The notes below the pieces were generated by a model. It did not search any database. It was not told the origin of the DNA and was given only the letters and a program-made list of their open reading frames with translations. From assembly GCA_030740155.1 (NCBI GenBank), contig JASLXV010000029.1, forward strand, positions 1-21,617: a DNA stretch of 21,617 bases. The letters run 5' to 3'. The DNA is from Dehalococcoidia bacterium. GTDB lineage: Bacteria; Chloroflexota; Dehalococcoidia; Lucifugimonadales; UBA3495. This document shows, one piece after another, positions 1 through 8,935 of the stretch. The number at the start of each line of letters is the position of its first letter. Positions within the stretch are counted from its first letter, which is position 1. The translations under genes and the position numbers were made by a program.

Positions 1-140
1 AGGGAGATCATCGAGGACTGGCGGGTGGACTACAACGAGGTCAGGCCCCACAGCTCGTTGAACGGCAGATCGCCGAGGGAGTATGCTGAGGCAGCAGTCG
101 GACTCTACTAACCAGCGATACTAACTTCGGGGGAAGGTCA
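1..140 (+). mobile_element. 3' end of an IS3-family insertion sequence (transposase C-terminus plus right inverted repeat)
   Basis: Frame 1 (1-111) reads [36 protein letters not shown], containing the YN..RPHSSL..P motif of the IS3 integrase core. It is followed by ...CGGGGGAAGGTCA ending at 140 (reverse complement TGACCTTCCCCC, an IS3/IS407-group-like end). Confidence 0.9.
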
Positions 141-338
141 ATATTGAGGGCCCACTTGTAGTGAGTTTGAGGCTGTAGGCCGTCAGCGATAACACCACGC
201 TCTCGGAAGTGAGAAGACTCGAAACTGGGTAAGTGGCGTGAGTTCCTGATCAGGGTTGACTCGAGAGAAGGCTCTTGTTGGGTGCGAAAGCAGAGGACTG
301 CTCCGGTCAAATACGCTGAGCTTCCGTGTGGATCAACG

Positions 339-677
339 TCAAACGCCACACCTGAACAGGGACTCCTTGATTTCACCCTCACTAACAGCCCGCTTGAAGA
401 AGCTTTGAAGGCCCCGGTAACGGTTGTTAGCAGTGGCGGGTTTCCAGTGCCCCAGCAAGTCGGTAATGAACGCCTCGACGTGCTCCCGCTTGATGCCGGA
501 CACATCCAAGGGCATCCCCTGGTTGATCAGGTATTGATAAAACTGCCGGGCAGCCCCGACGTAGGCGACGAAGGTTTGATGGCTCAGATTCTCGGCCCGG
601 ACGTGCCGCCCGAAGGAATCGATATTGACGCCCAGGTCGCCGCCTGATTTAATAAGTGCTGAAGGAGCTTGACGCAT
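339..677 (-). pseudogene. Truncated tyrosine recombinase/integrase (N-terminal SAM-like core-binding domain only)
   Basis: SFGRHVRAENLSHQT..AY...KREHVEAFI..L..WKPATANNRYRGLQSFFKRAV.EGEI resembles integrase N-terminal domains. The ORF stops after 112 aa with no catalytic R-H-R-Y domain. Confidence 0.8.
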
Positions 678-787
678 GACAAAAACCTCGCAAAATAGGA
701 CCGCAGAACACCGTTCAATTACGCGCTGTGCAAATGTTTTGCGTCAACGTTCCTCCAGTTATCCGCTGTAATTAGCTTCAAGAACAA

Positions 788-862
788 GCGGGCGTAACTC
801 AGTGGTAGAGTGTTTGCTTCCCAAGCAAAAAGCCGGGGGTTCGAATCCCCCCGCCCGCTCCA
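788..862 (+). tRNA. tRNA-Gly (anticodon CCC)
   Basis: Acceptor stem GCGGGCG 788-794 / CGCCCGC 852-858; D arm ACTC-AGTGGTA-GAGT; anticodon arm TTTGC-TT CCC AA-GCAAA; T arm GGGGG-TTCGAAT-CCCCC; U discriminator and encoded CCA at 860-862. Confidence 0.97.
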
Positions 863-1254
863 CTTTTCGTATCTGGCCAGACCGGCCAGCGCTTCGGCTG
901 ATACCGCCTGGGCGGCTATCTCCCGTGGGGATGCCATTTTAGTCTCCGTTGATGCCGGCTCCCTCTGCCTTCTCCCGTGTCGCTTCTTCCAGCCACCGGC
1001 CTGCCGCGTTTCCGGCTGGTTTCGCTCGATTCGTCGTAAGCCGTGGCGCTTCCGGCTCCATGCGCACTGACTGCAATGGCTGGTGGCCCATCGGCGCCTG
1101 CATATTACGGCTTCTAGTTGCGGATCGGCTTTGCCCCGGACGCAGAACACTGGTAGCCGGTTGGATCGAAGCTCATTATTAGAAAAGGTTCGCTCTCCTT
1201 CAATTCAAGCGCGGTCCCAACCAGGCCAGGGGCTACCGGAATTTGCAGTGGCTT

Positions 1255-1617
1255 TTAACCGTCCACGGCGGTAATGGTGATGTGGGACATGTAGGACTCT
1301 TTCTTCGCCCCGTGCCAGTGGTTCTCCCCTTCTAGGATGTGTACCACGTCACCCACGGCCACCTCGTGTTCCTCGGTCTCGTTGGCGACCATTCCGACTC
1401 CCGATGTTATGACCAGGATTTGGTCGCTCTTGTGGACGTGCCAACCGGTGGTTGCTCCCCGTTCGAAATTCACGATGCTGCTGTTGAAGTTTTTGCTGGC
1501 TCCCTCGGGTAGCAGAGGTTGGCGAGTTCGGCGCACTTCTCCGCCGGTCCAACCGGGGATTGGGGTGGCCGTGTCTATCGGCACTATTTCAACTTCAGCA
1601 ATTCTGATAACGCGCAT
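1255..1617 (-). CDS. Cupin-domain protein (Cupin_2-like)
   Basis: Cupin motifs GATTGWHVHKSDQIL and GDVVHILEGENHWHGA. GGAGG Shine-Dalgarno (SD) precedes the ATG at 1617. Confidence 0.88.
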   Translation of the reverse strand: MRVIRIAEVEIVPIDTATPIPGWTGGEVRRTRQPLLPEGASKNFNSSIVNFERGATTGWHVHKSDQILVITSGVGMVANETEEHEVAVGDVVHILEGENHWHGAKKESYMSHITITAVDG

Positions 1618-1745
1618 AGTTGCCTCCAATTTGTTTCGGCTACTTGCTTGGTGATGGGTCGTTGGTCCTCTGACGAACGGTGGGGACTTGCCAGGTTTCC
1701 TTCACGAGATCAACATGCCGTAGCTTCAGCCATGGCTAGGACCGC

Positions 1746-3481
1746 TCAGCTACATCTAAGGCTTCCATTGGGGGCCGCTTCCCTCGAGGAAAGTAAGCCG
1801 GATCTGGGCGGCACCATCGTTGGACTTGGCGTCAGCACAAGGTTTGGTGTGGGTGTGGGAATCGGCGCAACAGAGACCGCTCTCCTGCCATAGATCTCCA
1901 GCCGGTTGCCGGCTGGTCTTACCACATATATGTTGCCGTCGCTATCCACTGCAATGTCTCTTTGCTCAGGGCTACCACCAACCCTGAAGCTGTCGTGGTC
2001 CCAGAGAACTCGAAACCCATCGACATCCAGGAGATAGATGGCTTGCCGGTCAACTACATAGATATTGCCTTCGCCATCGACTGCAATCTCGTCGGGAGAC
2101 TCGGGAGTTCCTCGTCCTCCGAAGCCCCCCCCCACGAAGCAATGAAATCACCCTCGCTGCTAAATTTCTGTACTCGGTAGTTGAAAGTATCGGCAACATA
2201 AACGTTACCGGCCAAGTCTGTAGCAATGCCCCGAGGGGACCTGAATTGCTCAAGTGCATCGCCTTTGGTTCCCCAGGTTAAGACAAATTGGCCGTTCCCA
2301 GTAAACTTCTGGATGCGACCGTTGCCACTGTCAACTACATACACAAAACCGTCGCTGTCTGCCGTGATTCCCTTAGGAGTCCTGAATTGGCCGACATCCC
2401 CGCCTTCCGAGCCCCACGCCAACATAAAGCGCCATTCTTCGTTGAATTTCTGTACCCGATTATTTCCAGTATCGCTGACGTACACGTTTCCGACCGAGTC
2501 AACTGCAATATCTAGTGGCGACTTAAATTGGCCTGGGCCATCACCGCGGGAGCCGAATTCGCCGATAAGCCCGCCGTCACTCGTGAAGAGTTGAACTTCG
2601 TTGCTCCTGCTGTTTACTATGTAAACGGCTCCGCCTACTGTGAGAGCTATTCCATCAGGTCTGTTCATATCGCCGGGCTCGTTGCCAAAGAGGCCCCACT
2701 TATTCAACAATTCTAGCCTGAGCGAGGGAACTGGAATAAGCGTAGATGTAGGCGTTGGCGCAAGGGGCTGAGACGGGACTACTGTTGCACTGGGCGTTTG
2801 CGTCAGTGTACGTGGTGGAATTGCTGCTGAAGTTGGTACGGGCGTGGGAGTAGAAGTTGGCATGCTGGTTGGAATGGGTGTGGGTGCAGGCGTGGGTATT
2901 GGCACAGGCGTTTCAGTGGGCACCGATGTACCGGTCGGCGAAACAGCTATTATCGCAATTTCGGTGGAAGATGGAAATGGTGTTGCACTAGGCATCGAAG
3001 TGGCATTAGGTAGTGCGGCGAATGTAGGTGCTGGGGTCGGTGTGAGAGGAGAGTGAGCACCAGAAGGTCCACCGCCGAATAAACTTAACGCTCCTATCGC
3101 CACCGATACGATAACCACGGCAATACCGGTTATGGCAGTTAGTTGAGGCCATCTACCCCTGGTTCTCGGAGGGTCGAGGGTTTGACGGAGAACAACTTCT
3201 CCTCCTTTGGAAATGAAGAATTTCTCCCGGCCAGGTGTCCCAGTGACTCCAGCTTCAGGCCGGAACAATAGGATAACGGTGTAGTAGTCCTCATCCTCAC
3301 CGGACTCCGTTACAGTGAAAACCATGGGCGTGTCAATAAATCGTTGTCCAGAGTTCCACGGAGTCTCCCTGGCTGTCTGCACGGCCAATGATCTGGCCTG
3401 GTCCAGCGAGATGTAGCCAAAGGTCTCCCCTTCCGGGGTGAAACCGAACTGATCCTCTTTCTTGCCCTGGTCTTCCGCCAT
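1746..3481 (-). CDS. Membrane-anchored NHL-repeat (beta-propeller) protein with Pro/Thr linker; frameshifted at a G9 tract (2125-2133)
   Basis: ORF 2054-3481 has an N-terminal domain, one TM helix, a PT-rich linker and NHL repeats (PLDIAVDSVGNVYVSDTGNNRVQKF). The repeats continue in ORF 1746-2135 (PDEIAVDGEGNIYVVD, RDIAVDSDGNIYVV), and the frame switch coincides with the homopolymer. Confidence 0.85.
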
Positions 3482-3495
3482 GATGTGGCATTATA
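3482..3495 (-). promoter_or_regulatory. -10 box (TATAAT) 8 nt upstream of the NHL gene ATG; probable leaderless transcript
   Basis: Minus strand reads TATAAT-GCCACATC-ATG, with no SD in between. Confidence 0.55.
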
Positions 3496-3594
3496 TGGCC
3501 AAAATGGCGACTTGGGTAGTTGGCACGTTGGCGGATGAGGCTTGGGTTTCTGATTTCGTTGGTGGCGGAGGGTGGCAAGTTCGACAGGGACTGG

Positions 3595-3719
3595 GACAGG
3601 GTCCGGGCCTGGTCCAATGAGGTGTGGCCAGGGCCGCCCCTTCCGAGGGAAATTCGAGGGTAGATTCGTGGATTCCCTCTCCTTCCCGTCCTCCCCCTTG
3701 GCGATGACGTGCGATTGTA
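3595..3719 (-). pseudogene. Degenerate duplicate of the promoter and 5' coding end of the NHL gene
   Basis: TACAAT-8 nt-ATC mirrors TATAAT-8 nt-ATG. Shared blocks are CGGAAGGGG and TGGACCAGGCC. Pieces translate to EFPSEGAAL / GHTSLDQARTL versus GFTPEGETFGYISLDQARSL. Confidence 0.7.
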
Positions 3720-4023
3720 GCCGCACCAAGCAGGGAGGAGAGCCCCTTCATTCGCCATGAATTGGGTAATGGGCGGTGTACGGAACTGCCACGAAAAGAG
3801 ACCCGCGAAAACCGGGTCCCGGCCCGGCCATCTGCTATTCTAGAGACGGTACCGACCGGAAAGCTCCTGTTTGTTCGGCGTGAGCCATCCAGCCGGACGG
3901 ATGTATCGGGCGATTGGCAGGGGGCAGGGCTTACGAATCTTGAGGCTCCGGCGGGGGATATACCCGTCTATTTGAAATACGAGAAGGGCCTGCGGACTTC
4001 CCAGAATAGTGGAATGAGCTTAC

Positions 4024-5340
4024 ATGCAGGATAGGTCGTCGGTGTCCAGCGATTCCCGAGCACGTCCCAAGGTGTTCTATGGCTGGTGGATTGTGGCGGC
4101 GGGCGGCGTGATAAGTGCGCTACAGGATGGCACTTATTTTTTTGGCTTCCCAATGTACTTCCTTCCTGTGACCCGGGACTTTGGCCTGAGCCGAGCAGCC
4201 ACCTCATTGGTGTTCGGCCTGGGGCGTTTGGAAGGCGGGGTTGTAGGGCCCGTAGCCGGGTACCTGGTGGATCGCCTCGGCCCCCGGACGATGATAGCCA
4301 TCGGCGGTGTTGTGGCCGGGCTGGGGTTCATTCTGTTGGCCCTCACTCACAGCTTTGCCTCGTTCCTCCTCGTGTATGTCGGAGTTCTTTCCTTGGGTAT
4401 CTATTCCGGCTTCAGCCAGGGGGTCATGGCTGCGGTCAATCAGTGGTTCATCCGCCGGAAGGCCTTTGCCATGTCCATAACCTCCATGGGCTTCTCTGTG
4501 GGTGGTGTGGTCATCGCTCCGGGAATAGCTTTTCTGGTGCTGACTCTGGGTTGGCGAAGTGCAGCGGTCATATCGGGCATAGTCCTGATTGCCGTGGTAG
4601 TCCCCCTGTCCCTGGTGATGCGCCGCTCTCCGGAGAGCATGGGCCTGCTACCCGACGGGGACCGGAATCCACCCATCGCCCGAAAGAACTCCCTAGGCAA
4701 CGAGTCGTCAGGGTCTGGTCGGCAAATCGCGACCGTGGACTTCAATCCGAGAGAGGCGATTCGAACCCCGACCTACTGGCTCCTGGCGGTAGCCATTGGC
4801 CTGCGAATGTCAGGGTCTTCCGGGTTGTTCGTGCATCTGGTTCCGTTGATAGTGTGGAAGGGGCATTCGGAGGCCATGGGAGCCTTCATGATAGCAGCTA
4901 TCTCCTTCGCCTCCATCCCGCTCAGGTTGATTCTCGGTTGGATGGCTGACCGATGGGACAACCAGAAAATACTCGGCATCACCACTGCTTTTGGGGTCGC
5001 CAGTCTGTCGATTCTCCTCCTGGGCGGAGGGCAACTGTGGCAACTGCTCATCTTCACAGTCATGTTCGCCGCTCCCATGAGTGGTGGCGCGCTAGGTTGG
5101 GCACTAATCGGGGAGCTATTCGGCAGGAAGAGCTTTGCCACCCTTCGGGGTGGTGTCACGTCCGTATCCAGCATAATGTCCATGGGAATGCCGGTGTTCG
5201 CGGGCTGGGTCTACGATACTTCCGGCAGCTACTACTGGGCCATAACCCCCATGATTGGCATGTATCTGATTGCGGCCCTGTTGTTCTGGAAACTCCCCAG
5301 GCCCAGCCTCCCGAGCCGGGTAGCGGAATCCATAGCCTGA
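4024..5340 (+). CDS. Major facilitator superfamily transporter
   Basis: 438 aa with about 12 hydrophobic segments, FYGWWIV start, motif A GYLVDRLGPR and its repeat GWMADRW. Confidence 0.93.
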   Translation: MQDRSSVSSDSRARPKVFYGWWIVAAGGVISALQDGTYFFGFPMYFLPVTRDFGLSRAATSLVFGLGRLEGGVVGPVAGYLVDRLGPRTMIAIGGVVAGLGFILLALTHSFASFLLVYVGVLSLGIYSGFSQGVMAAVNQWFIRRKAFAMSITSMGFSVGGVVIAPGIAFLVLTLGWRSAAVISGIVLIAVVVPLSLVMRRSPESMGLLPDGDRNPPIARKNSLGNESSGSGRQIATVDFNPREAIRTPTYWLLAVAIGLRMSGSSGLFVHLVPLIVWKGHSEAMGAFMIAAISFASIPLRLILGWMADRWDNQKILGITTAFGVASLSILLLGGGQLWQLLIFTVMFAAPMSGGALGWALIGELFGRKSFATLRGGVTSVSSIMSMGMPVFAGWVYDTSGSYYWAITPMIGMYLIAALLFWKLPRPSLPSRVAESIA

Positions 5341-5559
5341 GAAGCCTCCACCGGCCGGTGAGTTTGCCCTTTCACCTTGGGGAGATTCGATTCGGTGCAC
5401 CGCCAACCCGGTCCGACCTCGCCGTAGTCACCGTCCCGCACCCAGTTGTGGCTGGGGACAAACTCATCCGGGCAGCCCACGGAGCGTTAGAACTCGAGTC
5501 TACCAGCGATTCCCCGGCCCTCTCACGGCCGCCCTGAGCGAGGCAAATGGCCGGAGAGG

Positions 5560-5588
5560 TTGTCAGAGAGCCGCCCCGTGCATACAAT
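5560..5588 (+). promoter_or_regulatory. Sigma70-type promoter
   Basis: TTGTCA (5560-5565), 17 nt spacer, TACAAT (5583-5588), upstream of the 5729 ORF. Confidence 0.6.
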
Positions 5589-5728
5589 GCCCGTAACCCA
5601 GTGAATCTGACATTCGCGGCCTGTCGCAGTTTCGATCCGCCGGAGCGCCCAGGGCGATAGGCCGTCCGGCAGCAGGTCGAAAATACGAGGGACCTGATGG
5701 GCAGGCCGCTCCGTTCGGGCAGAAACAT

Positions 5729-6799
5729 ATGAGACGATTCGCACGATTCGTACTGCACCACAAACGTGAAACGTTCGCAGTGGTCGCTTTCGCCGTTCCG
5801 GTCTTCCTCTCGGTATTCTTTGGTCTCTCGGCCCTGGACCAGCGAGATGCCGGAATGGCCTATGAAATCCTCAATACCATCGACGTTCTTGACGTTCGCA
5901 CGCCGGTCGAAGACCTCAAGATAACGCTCCGAGGCGAAAACATTCAACAGGGAAACTTGAATCTCCGTATCTATTCGATACGAGTGGTGAATACCGGCGA
6001 AACCGATATCCTCCAATCTCATTACGACTCAAGCGAAATTTGGGGATTGCAGGTGACGGACGGGAAGGTGATCGAAGCACGGCCGATGAGCAGCAGCTCC
6101 GATTATCTGGGCCGGAAAGCGATTCCCCAGCTGGTTGGAGACGACTTGGTTGAGTTCCCCAAGACCATTCTCGAAGAAGGGGAGTTCTTTGCCTTTGACA
6201 TGCTGGTCCTGCACGTGAAAGGGCAGACCCCGGTCATTTCCCCGCAGGGGAAGATTGCCGGGATTGAGGAAATCTCCGTGTCTCGAATTCCTCTGCAGGC
6301 GAAGGAACCCAGCTTCTTATCAGAGCTGTTCTCGGGTGGCTGGCTGATACAGATGGCCCGGATTCCTCTGTACTTCCTTGGAACGTCGCTGGTTGTCTTT
6401 GCCGGCGTCGTCATTATCATCTTCGTTTCAGAGGTCCTGCCCAAGAGAATCCGGCGTCTAAAAGCCTCGATGGCGCCTGCATTGCGAAATCATGGCGATG
6501 CCACCCAGCGTGAGGCACTGAAAGAAGCTTACGGAAGGTGGGGGACCGAAGGGTTGCAGGCCCTCAAGGGATTGCTGGATGCCCCTGAGACCATACCCAA
6601 AAGGGGAGGGCCGTCGGTTCAGCTTATCGAGGAATTCAACATTTCTTTCAGGCATCTCGAGGAAATCGGCGCAATCACCCGGGGGCCTGCGGGCGAGCAA
6701 GTAGTGGACGCTGGATTCCGCGAGACGCTCGATCGCCTGTTGGCCGAGCTTGGCATCCCCATCGGCAAGGATCAGAAAGTGCCCGATGCCGGCCGGTAA
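5729..6799 (+). CDS. Hypothetical membrane protein (two TM segments flanking a soluble, probably beta-rich domain)
   Basis: 356-aa ORF with hydrophobic stretches FAVVAFAVPVFLSVFF and LYFLGTSLVVFAGVVIIIFV. No family recognised. Confidence 0.75.
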   Translation: MRRFARFVLHHKRETFAVVAFAVPVFLSVFFGLSALDQRDAGMAYEILNTIDVLDVRTPVEDLKITLRGENIQQGNLNLRIYSIRVVNTGETDILQSHYDSSEIWGLQVTDGKVIEARPMSSSSDYLGRKAIPQLVGDDLVEFPKTILEEGEFFAFDMLVLHVKGQTPVISPQGKIAGIEEISVSRIPLQAKEPSFLSELFSGGWLIQMARIPLYFLGTSLVVFAGVVIIIFVSEVLPKRIRRLKASMAPALRNHGDATQREALKEAYGRWGTEGLQALKGLLDAPETIPKRGGPSVQLIEEFNISFRHLEEIGAITRGPAGEQVVDAGFRETLDRLLAELGIPIGKDQKVPDAGR

Positions 6800-6883
6800 C
6801 CGGGCACTCCGGCTGACCGGAACCTGCACATCTTCCTCAAGGCACCCCTTGTTGCGTCCTAAACCCATCGGGAGGTAGCACCC

Positions 6884-7042
6884 GTGACCAACCCACAAGC
6901 CCGTTTGCTTGCCGCCGCGATCGCCATGCTCGCCGGGGCGCTCGTTGCCACCACCGACAACCTCAACATCAACGTCGGCCTCGCCATAATCATCGTGAGC
7001 GGCGCGATTTTCCTCGCTGAATATGTTCGCTGCCAGAGGTAA
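6884..7042 (+). CDS. Small (52 aa) two-helix membrane protein, not in the ORF track
   Basis: GGGAGG SD, GTG at 6884, TAA at 7040-7042. Sequence MTNPQARLLAAAIAMLAGALVATTDNLNINVGLAIIIVSGAIFLAEYVRCQR. Confidence 0.7.
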   Translation: MTNPQARLLAAAIAMLAGALVATTDNLNINVGLAIIIVSGAIFLAEYVRCQR

Positions 7043-7091
7043 TAGGGGCAGTGGCTGGGCTTCCGCGAGAACAACGAATTGGGCCCGGGTT

Positions 7092-7121
7092 ACCGCCGCC
7101 GGTCTAACCGCCGCCGGTCTA
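7092..7121. repeat. Perfect 15-bp tandem duplication ACCGCCGCCGGTCTA x2
   Basis: Copies at 7092-7106 and 7107-7121, overlapping the SnoaL stop codon. Confidence 0.85.
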
Positions 7122-7556
7122 GCCCCCGAAGGAAGGGTCTAGCGGAACCAAGGCGCGCCAGTCCGTGAGCAACACCCGGTGCCGGACCAGCCATTGACCG
7201 TCTTGGCGTACCATCTTGTCCTGGTAGCGAAGGCCTGACATCCGCATTGACTCGGTACCTTCGACGCGGCTATAGGCGATGGCGTAGGTCTCCACCTCGG
7301 CCGAGTCACCGTCGATCCGGATGTCCTGGTCGCCCAAGAAATGGGTGGCACGATGGGGGCGATTGTAGGCGAGTCTGCCGACGATGTTTTCGACGCCCTG
7401 GCGTTCCCAATCGCCATAGCTTGCGTAGGCGTCGGCCGTAAAGGTGGACGTCATCGAGTCAAAGTCACGCCGGTCGTTGCTCCTCGCGTATCTGGTCATC
7501 AACTCCCGGATCGCAGCCTTTTCCACCAACTCCTGAAGCGCCGGATCAAGTGCCAT
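7119..7556 (-). CDS. SnoaL-like / NTF2-family protein
   Basis: AAIRELMTRYARSNDRRDFD..F..DA, THFLG...IDGDSAE, LRYQD..VRQDGQWLV..R. GGAGG SD precedes the ATG at 7556. Confidence 0.9.
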   Translation of the reverse strand: MALDPALQELVEKAAIRELMTRYARSNDRRDFDSMTSTFTADAYASYGDWERQGVENIVGRLAYNRPHRATHFLGDQDIRIDGDSAEVETYAIAYSRVEGTESMRMSGLRYQDKMVRQDGQWLVRHRVLLTDWRALVPLDPSFGG

Positions 7557-7816
7557 GGTATCCTCCCTCTGGTGAGTTCTCTTCACTTTGGCGCTGGGCT
7601 GGGCGCAGCCAACGCCTAGTATCGCACGTCTTTGGTACCGCCTGTCCCAGCCAAGCCCGACTCCATCGTCACGCACACGAATTCTAATGCAGACCGCCGG
7701 CGACAATGGTGCGCACCCGGGCTGCCGGAAACAGCTAGAATGGGGATCAGCGCTAATGCTTGGAGTGCACGAAATTGATGGTGGACCTCGAACCGATCTA
7801 GATTTGGGGAGTGAAA

Positions 7817-8107
7817 ATGCTGTTTCTTTTGATTAGCACGCCGGCGCCAACTCGCCCATCGGAGGTTCGCGAGCAACGGAAGAAATTTTGGCCGTGGATT
7901 CAAGACAAACTGGATCACTAGGTTGCCCGATCTATTTTCCCGCGGACCGGCCGGGGAGCGGTGGCGGTGTTCGATGTGGACTCTCATGAAACACTGCATC
8001 GCTTGCTCAACGAATGGGCGGAAATCATACCCGCCGAGTTTGGGATTTACCCATTGATGGAACCCGAGTCGATCAAAGCGTTCCTCAATGAAGGTAGCGG
8101 AGGCTGA
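7817..8107 (+). pseudogene. DUF3303 / muconolactone-isomerase-like protein with an in-frame TAG at codon 35
   Basis: GGGGAG SD and ATG at 7817. Reads MLFLLISTPAPTRPSEVREQRKKFWPWIQDKLDH*VARSIFPRTGRGAVAVFDVDSHETLHRLLNEWAEIIPAEFGIYPLMEPESIKAFLNEGSGG*, with the TAG at 7919-7921. Family assigned from motif recognition only. Confidence 0.75.
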
Positions 8108-8723
8108 CGAACTTGTGGGGCGTCGGCGATGATGGAGGACGGGGGCCGGTAACACCTGGAATGGGAGGTATTGTGCGCTGCCGATCGGATGTCCGGGGCG
8201 GGCGTTAGGGCCTAACGGATCATTTCGGGTATGTCGGGGAGGTTGGCCGTTATCGCTTCCCTCTCGCCGGCAGACACGCTTCAACTCCCGGTCCCAAGGC
8301 GGCGTAGTCACCGGCCCATTATGACGTCGAATCCGGGCGCGAAGTCGTCCCAGTAATCTAGGGCCCGCGGTAACCCGGCGCGGCTCTCCGGTTGCCGTCG
8401 AGAGCCACGGCCCCACCCTCGCCACCCGTTGGCTCCACTCGCGTTGGCCCCCATTCGCCGGGCTACTCAGGCGTCACGTCACCTCTCGCCGGGCTATCGT
8501 TGGCGAGAAAGTGGTGTCTTCACCCGGTGCGGGCAGGTGTTGGCACCCTCCAACTGGGTGGCTTCGGGGCGTATAGTAGTCGCGCGCACATCTCTAATGA
8601 GCGGTCGCGGGGGGACATCGTATTCGCGAGCGTTGCCGGCACCGTATTGGTCATCGGCCGGGTCAATTCATGGGAAGTCTCTCGAGCGCACCAGAGACGT
8701 TAACAGCCTGGAGGCGGTTCTAT

Positions 8724-8924
8724 ATGACGCTCGACAAAACCACCAGGGCGATCATCTACCTGGCGTTGCTATTCGGAGTCCCGGTGGTGCTGGCGATCAT
8801 TGCGGTGAAGCTGACTTGGCGCGGAGTCTCATCTACGGCCCAGAAGGTCGGTTCTTTCGGACTTCTCCTCTGTCACCCGTTCATGGTCATTCGCCGCTGG
8901 GAGCAGTCCAGCGTCCGGGGCTAA
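8724..8924 (+). CDS. Small (66 aa) membrane protein
   Basis: GGAGG SD and ATG at 8724; hydrophobic AIIYLALLFGVPVVLAIIAV; followed by a hairpin. Confidence 0.55.
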   Translation: MTLDKTTRAIIYLALLFGVPVVLAIIAVKLTWRGVSSTAQKVGSFGLLLCHPFMVIRRWEQSSVRG

Positions 8925-8935
8925 GACACGTTAAG

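Noticed and set aside
719..1274. ORFs overlapping or following tRNA-Gly
   Set aside because: They overlap the tRNA or lack an SD and recognisable motifs.
2740..3050. Repetitive DNA in the NHL gene
   Set aside because: It is explained by the Pro/Thr-rich linker coding sequence.
3380..3719. Diversity-generating retroelement TR/VR pair
   Set aside because: The differences include indels and are not adenine-specific, the repeat is at the gene 5' end, and there is no reverse transcriptase in the window.
7616..8425. 269-aa minus-strand ORF
   Set aside because: It is the antisense shadow of the DUF3303-like frame plus intergenic DNA, with Arg/Pro-rich non-protein-like composition.
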